From an uncultured Pseudomonadales bacterium (GTDB lineage Bacteria > Pseudomonadota > Gammaproteobacteria > Pseudomonadales > Azotimanducaceae), in contig CAZWMD010000009.1 of the NCBI GenBank assembly GCA_964634815.1, positions 45,549 to 109,548 on the forward strand: a stretch of DNA of 64,000 nucleotides. The letters run 5' to 3'. Position 1 is the first letter of the stretch, and each line of letters starts with the position of its first letter. The notes beneath the pieces are model-generated. The model saw only the letters and a list, made by a program, of their open reading frames with translations, did not search any database and had not been told where the DNA came from. A program made the translations under genes and the position numbers. Positions 33,069-42,800 of the stretch are shown piece by piece.

Positions 33069-34474
33069 CAGTCACTAACTACTCGATAGCACGGCTCATA
33101 AGTTGAACCGGGCAATTTCATGCGGCCTTGAGCGACAAAAGAACGCAACACTTCATCAAGCATACGGGTAATTTCCTTATCGCCCTTGATTTCAAGTTTG
33201 CCAAACTCACGGATGCGGGCCACACCTTCCGCCTTCACATTGCCACCAACGATGGCTGAGAATACACGTCGCAGATTGATCGCCAGTTCGTGAGCAGGCA
33301 GATCGCGGGTTAAGCCCAACGCCCGCACGTTTTCGTGGCTTGCATCAAAAGGCAGCTGGTGGCCCGGAGGGATATGCAACTGCCAGTTAAAGTAAAACGC
33401 ATCCCCGGTCCGCCGCCGCTGCGCTCGAACTTTCTTGACCGAGCGCGCCATGCGCCGGGCAACACCGCGGGCATCTCCCACAATGACCTTGTAGTAAGAT
33501 CGCGCCTGCTCCCCAAGGACCGTAGTGATCAGTTTGTCGAGTTGGGCAAAATACTCCGCCGCGTTTGCTGGCCCCGTGAACAGCAAGGGCAACTCAATGT
33601 GCTCATTCTTGGGGTCCATCAATATGCCGAGCATATAAAGCACTTCCTCAGCGGTACCCACGCCCCCTGGAAATACAATAATGCCGTGCCCCAAACGAAC
33701 AAAGGCCTCAAGGCGCTTTTCAATATCCGGAAGAATAACCAGGTGATTGACCATTGGATTGGGCGATTCCGCGGCAATTATCCCCGGTTCGGTTAATCCA
33801 ATATAGCGTGCACCTAACCGACGCTGTTTAGCGTGCCCGATGGACGCACCCTTCATGGGACCTTTCATCGCCCCAGGGCCACAACCGGTACAGATATCCA
33901 GCCCCCGGAGACCCAGGTGATAGCCTACCTCTTTGGTGTACTCATACTCTTCACGCGCAATAGAATGACCACCCCAGCAGACCACCAGATTCGGCCGCTG
34001 ATCCGGGTCCAGGAGCCGCGCATGACGCAAGATCTGAAATACAGAATCTGTAATCTCTTTGCTGGCAGCCTCGTCTTCATCCTCGCCAGTCAAGGTAACT
34101 GCAGGTGGGCGCACTTCGGTTGCCGTATAAACCACATCGCGCAGCACAGCAAACAGATGCTCGCGAACGCCCTCAACCATGCGACCGTCTACAAAGGCGG
34201 CTCGAGGGGCGTTACGCACAATCAGTTTCAAGCCGCGTGTTCGGCGTGACACCTCAACTGAAAAGTCGGTGTAGCGCTCAAACAACTCATGCGCGTCGTC
34301 ACCATCATTGCCCGTATTCAGTACCGCCAATGCACAACGCCGGAATGTCTCGAGCATCTCCAGATGTTCCGGCAACTGGGTGGCCTCAGTGAGCACCTCA
34401 ATCTCACGCTGACTCAAAAGCTCCATCGTGCCGCGCGGACCGACCTGGGTATCAACTGTTTTTCGTTGTGTCAT
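33068..34474 (-). CDS. ppnN: LOG-family nucleotide 5'-monophosphate nucleosidase PpnN (YgdH-like)
   Basis: The 468-aa product contains [16 protein letters not shown] and the LOG motif PGGVGTAEE. Its size and layout match E. coli PpnN. Confidence 0.8.
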   Translation of the reverse strand: MTQRKTVDTQVGPRGTMELLSQREIEVLTEATQLPEHLEMLETFRRCALAVLNTGNDGDDAHELFERYTDFSVEVSRRTRGLKLIVRNAPRAAFVDGRMVEGVREHLFAVLRDVVYTATEVRPPAVTLTGEDEDEAASKEITDSVFQILRHARLLDPDQRPNLVVCWGGHSIAREEYEYTKEVGYHLGLRGLDICTGCGPGAMKGPMKGASIGHAKQRRLGARYIGLTEPGIIAAESPNPMVNHLVILPDIEKRLEAFVRLGHGIIVFPGGVGTAEEVLYMLGILMDPKNEHIELPLLFTGPANAAEYFAQLDKLITTVLGEQARSYYKVIVGDARGVARRMARSVKKVRAQRRRTGDAFYFNWQLHIPPGHQLPFDASHENVRALGLTRDLPAHELAINLRRVFSAIVGGNVKAEGVARIREFGKLEIKGDKEITRMLDEVLRSFVAQGRMKLPGSTYEPCYRVVSD

Positions 34475-34494
34475 CTTGCAGCGCTCTGGGATCG

Positions 34495-36651
34495 CTAGTT
34501 AGAAGCTGAGCGTCGTGGAGTGAACTCCACACCCACGTAAAGCTGCCTGGGCAACCCCGGGAAATATCGGAAATTGCCAAACGCAAAGTCCGCACGATCA
34601 GCATATTCCTCATCAAGCAAATTTATCACCCTGGCAAACACGCGAACGTTATCCCTGACCTGCCAGCCACCACGCCAATTAAACACAACATGGCCATCAT
34701 AGTCGGCCGTGTTGGCTGCGTTGATGTAATGCTGGCCAACGCCCGTCAATTCCAGTTCAGATGTGAGGGCTGCCGTGGGTTGATATCGCCAGCGCGCACT
34801 GCCTAGCCACCGCGGAGCAGTGTCTACATCATCCCCATCACTGATGGGTTCAGCACCAAAGGAACCATCAAAGTCATACTTGTGTCTGGCATAGGACACC
34901 ACGATATCAAAATTGTGAGCCTCCCCAAGCGCATACTCTGCGCTTACCTCAATACCCTGGGATCGGGTCGCTCCATTACTGACGTTGAACCCTTCGCCAT
35001 CCCGGAATATGAAATCGTCGGTATCATCAAAATAGGCCGCAACCTCCACCTGCGCGGTCTCTCCAACCCAGCGGGCTCCCACTTCAAAGGAGCGCAGACG
35101 CTCGCTGTTCAGATCAGTGGTTTCCTGGCCATTTTGCAGACGATACAACTCCGTTGCCTGGGGTGGACGAAAACCGGTGCTGAAGGTGGCATAGGTGGCT
35201 AGGCGATCGTTCACCTCATAGTTCACGCCGAGTCGGCCTGCTACATTGGTGAAGTCATCTTCTCCCGATGGCGGCCGCGTATACAAACATCCGCCAAATC
35301 CGCACTCTGTGCCGTCTTCCCGAGTATTGCCCGTTAAGAAGAGATTCTCGTAGTCGTAGTTAAGTGTTTCGACGCGCAGGCTATGAACCAGCGACACGCG
35401 GTCTGAGAGTTGGTAATCCACATTATAAAATAATGCGGCCAGCAAACTCTCAACCTCGTAGTCATAGTGAAGGCCCTCGGGGCGTGTTTCTATCAAAAAC
35501 GCAGAGCCAAGAGTTGGACCTTCCTGATCTTCTTTTAACGCCCCATCCAGCAATTCGAGAGTGACACCTACGGTGGCCGAATAGCGCTCACCTACCCGGC
35601 CGAATTGGGCAGTTACGCCGCCACTGGTCTGGTCATTGGTTTCAAGTGGCTGACCAGGTAGAAAGTGTTGAAAGAAAGCCATGCCGGAACGTCTTATATA
35701 AGGTGTTATCGACAGAAATGAATTGTCGCCGATTTCCGTCTGCCAACGGCTGGATGCACGCAGGGACCAAGCATCTCGAAATGCTTCAGGATTTGGATTG
35801 GAATCCCGCAGATCATCGTCTTCAAAGGCCTCAAAACCAAGCACAAAGCCGCCTGTTTCCTGATTGAGGAGCGTGGCTGAAAGTAACGTGCTTACCTGCC
35901 AGCGCCCGACCTCAGCATCGTGATTGATTACCAGTTTTTGCTGCGAGTAACCCGTGTCATCACGAAAACCGTTGGTTGAGGTCGACTGTGCCTTAACGCC
36001 AAAGCTCTGGCCATTGATCTCGGTGCCATACTCCGCCCGGACTTGATAATAATCGAAGGGTCCACCCTCAACACTTAAGCCCAGGCCTGATTGCGGAGTT
36101 CGTTGCAATACGTTAATCGCGCCGTGAACCGCGTTGCCACCAAACAGGGCTCCGGCCGGACCACGCATCACTTCAATACCACTGGCTTGCTCATGGTTAA
36201 CCTCAAAGAGATTATTAATATTGCAAAACCCGGCGGGCCGAATAGGTACGCCGTTTTCCAGAAACAGAAACTCGCCACAAGCACCGGCGCCGGTGAGTAC
36301 AGGTGAGCGAATAGCGGTTAGATGCTCCTGGCCTGATCCGCGAGACACCCAGGCGCCAGCTACCCGCGATAGCGTTTCACTGATGTGCGTTGGGCGAATC
36401 AGGTCAATCTCGTCGGCATCAAGAGTGGTCAGAGAACCCGTGTCACCCACCCGACCTTCAAGACTGCCGGTGACCAGAATTTCTTCGATAGCCGTATCAG
36501 CAGTTTCCTGGTCACCTGCAAAGGTAGCGGAACTAACTCCTAACCCACCCACTAGCAGACAAGCGGAGACCCACAGGGTACAGGGCCTGTTCTTCTCTAA
36601 TGGGGACGTTAAAGAAGGAGCTAAAGACCGTACAGAGATAGAGATAGACAT
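34495..36651 (-). CDS. TonB-dependent outer-membrane receptor
   Basis: The product has a signal peptide ([18 protein letters not shown]) and plug motifs ([76 protein letters not shown]). A long beta-barrel follows, ending in LYVGVEF plus 8 aa. I set the start at the internal ATG 36651; the tracked ORF runs to 36780. Confidence 0.85.
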   Translation of the reverse strand: MSISISVRSLAPSLTSPLEKNRPCTLWVSACLLVGGLGVSSATFAGDQETADTAIEEILVTGSLEGRVGDTGSLTTLDADEIDLIRPTHISETLSRVAGAWVSRGSGQEHLTAIRSPVLTGAGACGEFLFLENGVPIRPAGFCNINNLFEVNHEQASGIEVMRGPAGALFGGNAVHGAINVLQRTPQSGLGLSVEGGPFDYYQVRAEYGTEINGQSFGVKAQSTSTNGFRDDTGYSQQKLVINHDAEVGRWQVSTLLSATLLNQETGGFVLGFEAFEDDDLRDSNPNPEAFRDAWSLRASSRWQTEIGDNSFLSITPYIRRSGMAFFQHFLPGQPLETNDQTSGGVTAQFGRVGERYSATVGVTLELLDGALKEDQEGPTLGSAFLIETRPEGLHYDYEVESLLAALFYNVDYQLSDRVSLVHSLRVETLNYDYENLFLTGNTREDGTECGFGGCLYTRPPSGEDDFTNVAGRLGVNYEVNDRLATYATFSTGFRPPQATELYRLQNGQETTDLNSERLRSFEVGARWVGETAQVEVAAYFDDTDDFIFRDGEGFNVSNGATRSQGIEVSAEYALGEAHNFDIVVSYARHKYDFDGSFGAEPISDGDDVDTAPRWLGSARWRYQPTAALTSELELTGVGQHYINAANTADYDGHVVFNWRGGWQVRDNVRVFARVINLLDEEYADRADFAFGNFRYFPGLPRQLYVGVEFTPRRSASN

Positions 36652-36828
36652 AGGTTGATCGGTTTTACTGCTTTTGACAAAAGACCGGTCGCAGGAAGAG
36701 AGCACTGCGGCCACGAACGTTAGGGTGTCTATCGTCATTCGTCGACAGAGCCGACGCAATTTAGCGAATTTCAGCGCCAAGAGATACCGAGGGTCCCATC
36801 AGGCTGCTGTATTGCAGGAATCCGCTGC

Positions 36829-39800
36829 CTACTCCCAGCCCCCAAACTGACTCATATCAAACCCCGTATCGGAGCCAGCATCTGCGTTGCGGGCCCGAAT
36901 ACCTGGCAATCGTTCGACAAAACGCCGTACCGAGTTTCGGTCAACTTTCAACCGGAACTGCAGGAAGGGACCATGCCGGGTGTAGTCCGCAGCAACAAAA
37001 TCATCATCGACAAAGCCGGTGAAGTTGTAGCCCAGTCTGACCCACATGTCGCGGCGCAGGCTGCGACTCACGGTCAGTCCGGCGCTGACACTCGCAACGT
37101 CACTGAAAGCCGCATAGGTCACATTGGCTTGTGATCCAAGGGTCCACTTGGGGGTCACGTCGTAGCGCGCAGCAAAGCCCAGGAGCCCGGTATAGCCACC
37201 AAAATGATCATCGCCAATCCGATCACGAACATACTTGTTGCCTAAATTCAGACTCCACTCCAGGCCTGGGCGGGGATCTTCGTCCGCATCCAGATTACGA
37301 TACGGATCGCGTTTGTAATTGATGTTCATGTTATGAACAATTTTTCGGGTACGCGTGTCGAAGGTTGAATCCAGCAAATCATCTTGACTGAGGTCGAGAC
37401 GGCTCAACGTAGTCCATCGCGAATTGACTGGCCGCCAGGCAATGCCAAAACGCAGGTCTGTGGTCCGCCGTTCAATGCCCTCGGCGGTATCTTCATCAAA
37501 TACTGCGCCAGACAGAGAGAAAATATTGCCGTCGCGCAGCTGATGACTGATACCAAGCAACAGGTTGGCACGATCACTGCGATCGCCACTATGGTATTCA
37601 ATTCGGGCGCTGGCATCCCACTGCTCACGGCGATAACCCAGACCAACAAAACCGGCGGTGAAATCTTCGTTCAATTGCAGTCCTGTTGTAGAGAGTGCGT
37701 TAGAAAACGCGCCACTTGCTGCCGGTTGTCGAGGTGCAAACACCAAACCATCAGGATCATCAGCCAGACCATTCTCTTCGAGGGTGTTAACGCGGTCCAG
37801 ACCTACATCCAGTAACCAGTAATCGCTGATCCGAAACTGCTGCAAAACACCGCTGGTGGCAAAGAGTCGTTCGGCGTTCTCAGAGATTTGCCGATCCACT
37901 CGGGTATGCACATTGGCTCCAATCCAGGATTGCGCTCGAATCCCGGCCCGGGTGTCCTGGGTATCCCGATCACTGCCCCAGGTGAACTCCTGTTCCGCAA
38001 ACACCGTGATGCCTTTGGGCAGTCGATAATCCACGCCACCGATCACCCGTGTTGGGAAATCGGCACTGTCACCACCGCTATTCAAGCCAATCTCGGCATT
38101 TCCTCTGAGTTGCATGCGGCCCTGAAACAGAGGCTGGGCGATACCTGCAAGAAGTTGTTCTGACTGCAGATTGCGTCCACTCGCGGCAGTTTCATCGACC
38201 TTGCGGGCACCTAACAGCAAACTGGTTGATCGAAGCCTGTAATCTGCTTCAACGCCATAGATGTCTCGCTCACCACCACCAACACCAAGGTCTTGCTGGC
38301 GCTGTGCTTCTGCACGAACAGTGAGTTCATTGCGAACGCGAACTTCCCCTTCCACACCAAAGCGTCGTAGACCCGTCGTTAACGCAGACTGTTGCCCCAA
38401 ACCGAAGCTTGCGTCTTGTTCTCTGAAGAATATTTTTCCGGCGATGCGCTCGCTCTCGTGTAAAAACTCAGCTCGAAAAGCTTCACCTTTGCCGGTTGCG
38501 TCCGAATCAGTGGCGGCAGCCTCGGCTTCTATTCGGTTACTTGCTCCAAATTGCCACTCAGCGTCGAGGCCAACCAGACTGCCACCAACACCAGGTGTTG
38601 CGTCGTCAACGTAGCTTATACCGACCTCGTTCTCGCCAAGACCAGGCGCGTAAGCCACCCGGCCTCCCGCAACAATTTCGTTCTGACGACCGTCAATCTC
38701 GTACTCAACTTCAATAAACTGTGGGTTAAAACTTGCATCCTGGCTTTCAATGGGTCTTTTAAAGATCAGCGTACCGGCGTCGTAATCGATACTGTAGTCC
38801 ACAAATCGGGAGAGACTTACAGTGCTTAGAACCTGATCCAGAGCAAATCGATCCCGCACAACGATACGAACACGTTCGCCGTTACGCACCAGTCCACCAC
38901 GACTCAATCGATACACACCAGAAGTGCCGTCTCCGGCAATGGTGTCGAGCAAGAATCCTTGATCAGTATTGGCGCCAAATACTGAAGCCTTCCAGTCGCC
39001 TTGATAGTAGTCGGCCTTAATGCCATTCAACCTGCGCGAGTAACGAGTAAGTTCACCACGGCTCAGTTGGGTATCAAAATCACCTACCAATAACGCCGCC
39101 ACATCTCGTTCCAGCTTCAAATACAGCTGCCGCGACGTGTCGTTATCAAAGGCCTGTTCTGCACCATCACCGTATAGCGTGTAGAACCGGTTGGGATCAA
39201 TCTGTCGGCGGAAATTCCGATCCTCAGATCGATCGCTGTCGTAACCCAGGGTAAGCAACCACTCGCCGCGAACCTGGCCCTTCGCGTAAAAAGACAAACG
39301 CCCATCCGTCATCACATCTTCCGGAGCATCGCCATCCAACGGCTGCTCGTGAGGCGCAATGGTATTGTACCCGAGGGTGCCTTCGGCCAGTCCAACCAGC
39401 ACCCATTCTCGAGCAACCGGCTTAAGTCGCGCGCGAATGTTCTTTTGCCTGTTGCGATCGAAAGCAAAGTACAGCTGCACCTCTCCCGCCTCGGTTGTTG
39501 GCTCAAGTGCGAGGTATGCCACGCCATCGCTACGGACTATATAACGCTGAATGCCCTGACGACTGCTGTCTGAGAGCTGGCTAAGCGCCTTGTTTTCATC
39601 CAGCGTCCGATAAGGTGCAGAAAGGTTGAATTCACCTGTCATACCCGGGCGGGCGGGCCGATCTTCTCTATCAAACAGTCGAACAGCTACAACCGGGGGT
39701 GTAATGCCATCCGCGATCAAATTAGACGACTCGAGCGCAAGCTCGGCGCGAACCGGAACACCAGAAAGCCAGGCTACCCGTTGGATAGATTCAATTTGTG

Positions 39801-42800
39801 TGCCGTCTTGGGTTTCGAATTGACTGGACAACATGTTGTATCCGTCATTTAGAACGACGTTCTTCCACAAGGTAACAGCATTACCTTGTTCACGGTTCAC
39901 AACGATGCTGTCAAAAGTCAAAGGATCAACAAGGGCGCCATTCACCAACAAACTTGGCCGCACACCCAGCTTGTGTTTCACCGCAACGGCGATCGCAGGG
40001 TTGGCTGGATTGGAATCGACCAGCGGCCAGACAAATTCGGCGGCCTCGTTCTGCGTCGCGAGCCACTGGGCATCAAAGTCAGGACGCGGGTCAGGCTCAA
40101 TATCGGGCAACACATCTGGCACCGGACTATGGATCGTGCGCTCCCCGGTTAGCTGCACAACGGCGACTTCACTGGCTGCGGAAATCGCACCCGAACCAGG
40201 CTCAGCAACACGAATTTTGACATCCGCCTCCTCGCCTGCGGCGACCTGCCGACTCTTCAGCGGTTGCGCTGTTCGTCGATCACTTGCATGCCACGCGCCC
40301 AGCGGCTTGTCCCTGTTAGAAGAATTTTCTCCGCCTTTGGGATTTCTTTCAGAAATACCCAGCGCGCGTTTTCTCGCAGCGCGTTGGGCTGGTGTTTGTA
40401 CATCTTCAGTCTCCTGCCAAACGATGCCGCGTTGATCAGCGCGAGCGTCTGAATCACTTATCGCCGTTATGTTCAAACTGCTGGGAGCGGCTGTGTTCAC
40501 ACTGGCCACAACCTGGGGTAGTTGATGCGCAAAGTCGCCCATTCGAAAGCGCGCTGTAGCGCGAGTTGCATAGCGCTGCTCGCGACCGGCAACCTTGGCT
40601 CGAAACATTAGTTGCGCAGAAAACTCTCCCTCTGGCAGATCGAGTTCAAAGAATACAAGGCCGTCTCTATCGGGGCCGGTGCCTGGCGTCGGCAATCCGT
40701 CAAAGGTTGCACTACCCCGCGTGTAGTCCAGCCCTTCGGGTAACAACACTTCCAGCCTGAAAGCGGACAGTGGCTGAGGGGCATCGCCTTGCAACAGGTA
40801 GCGATATTGCATCTCGCCGTTCTTGTAGCGAGCCAACAACCGGCCCTGCAGAGGGCCCTGCGCCACACCAGGAGCCTGCACTCGAAAGTCTGCGCGCCAC
40901 AACGACCCGCCCTGAAGCTCCACAAACTGTGTGGTCGATGATTCCGCGAAGCGGTTGTTGCGTTCACACGCCAGCGGCTCAAGGTCACGAGGCAGAGTAG
41001 ATACTTCCAAGTGAACAACATGAGCGCCCGGTTGCAAACCTTCAACATGGTATCTGCCCTGCTCATCCGTCAGCACAAAGGTACCGTCCTCGAGCAATAC
41101 CCGAACACCCGGTACCGGAACACCAGGCTCATTGCAGGGCCCGGCCAAAACCTGACCCACAATGGTTCCAAAGTTGCGTAACAGATCGTCCTGCACAAAC
41201 ACAACGGCTTGCGCACGGTTGCTTGTCGCCACGCCTTGCCCTGATACCCACGCGTTGTTTACAGCACGTCCTTCACGTGCACCTGGCGTAACCTCAACAA
41301 CATAGGTTAGAGCGAGTACTTCTAATGGGCCAATATCGGGAAGTGCAATCGTCAGCGACCGGCCTGTCGAATCAAATGTCACCGGAGTGCCGTTTGGCAC
41401 AGCGCCATCGAAGCGAAGTGAATCCTCGACCAGTCGGAAACCTCGAGGCAACTGGTCATGCAACACCAGCTCACCGAGTCGCCCGTTAGCCGGATTATTA
41501 ACATTCAGCGAATATTGAACAACATCGCCAACGGCAACCGTATCTCGGCTGGCGATCTTCTCAATGAAAACTTGCGCAGCCAAAACATCAACAGGCACCG
41601 ACCCACCTACCGAGCGCGCGTTTGTCAGTGTGAACACCTCGCCACGCTCAAACGGGCCTTCAAAGAACAACGAGAGCTCATCGTCGCTGGCCAGCGTAGG
41701 GAAACCGAGACCGGCAGGCGGCTCTACCAGCAATCGGTAGCTGCCCGGGGCAACGATAGGAAATGAGAATTGACCCGGAGCAAAGTTCGTCACCCTGCCC
41801 GCATCATCTGTAACAGAGCCGCCAGACACTACAGTAGATGGAAAGCCTGATACCCCATCTGCTGCCAGAACCGTCACAGGTTGCCCGGTCACCGCATCAA
41901 CAAGTGTGATTCGGACACCATCAACCAATGAACCATCTACCGCGTTGAAAACCAGGCCCGTGGCGTCAATACCACCAACCAAATCAATACTGTCCTCTTC
42001 GTCATCCGGATCAATGTAGCTAAACAAAATATCCGCGCCATTAGGACTGGATACCAAACAATCACCTGGAACTGAGGCACCCTCAGTACTTTGGATGTAA
42101 CCAACAAATACCCCACTGGAAAGATCCGTTTCGGTTAGAACTATTGATTCGTGATCAGCCCCATTGGCACTCGAAATGGATACTCTCACCGTATCTACGG
42201 CGTTCAAAGAGAGATCCTGGTCGGGGTCTACGATCTCAACGAACAGCGCATCTCCCGCGCTATAGAGGGTATTCGTAACAAGGCTAAGATCGGTCACTGG
42301 ATAATCGATTCCCACAGAATCAGTTGCGGGAGCGAGCACGATATCGGAGCCTCCTGCAACACAAATCCCCTGAGGATCCGACACCAGAAGGTCGCCACCG
42401 GTTTCTCTGATGGCACGGTGCAAACGCCCGATTGCCGGGGTTGGCGGTTGCAACTGCAGATCTAGCGGAACGTCGACAACAAACAGTCCTGATTGCCCTA
42501 CTGCAAGTGGGTCACCACGCGAGCCCGGTTCCAGCGAAAAGGGTGCGCCAGAAAGCGTCTGCAGTTCGGCGTCGGTGACTACCGATGGAAACACGTATCG
42601 CCCGGGGGGAACTATTTCATAGCGATACTGACCGGGTGCCAGTGTTGGAAAGCGGAACTCCCCAGTACCAAAGGCATACACCGTGCCTGAAGCATCCGTA
42701 ACTGTGCTTCCACTTAATAGCGTAGAAGGAAAAGCGCTAGCCCCATCGTCTCCGAATACAGCTGCTGGATTACCTGTCGCTGCGTCTATCAGGGTAATCA

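Noticed and set aside
36652-36780. N-terminal 43 codons of the tracked TonB-dependent receptor ORF
   Set aside because: The segment MALKFAKLRRLCRRMTIDTLTF... precedes a normal signal peptide that starts at the internal ATG 36651, so the extension is unlikely to be translated. The start remains uncertain.
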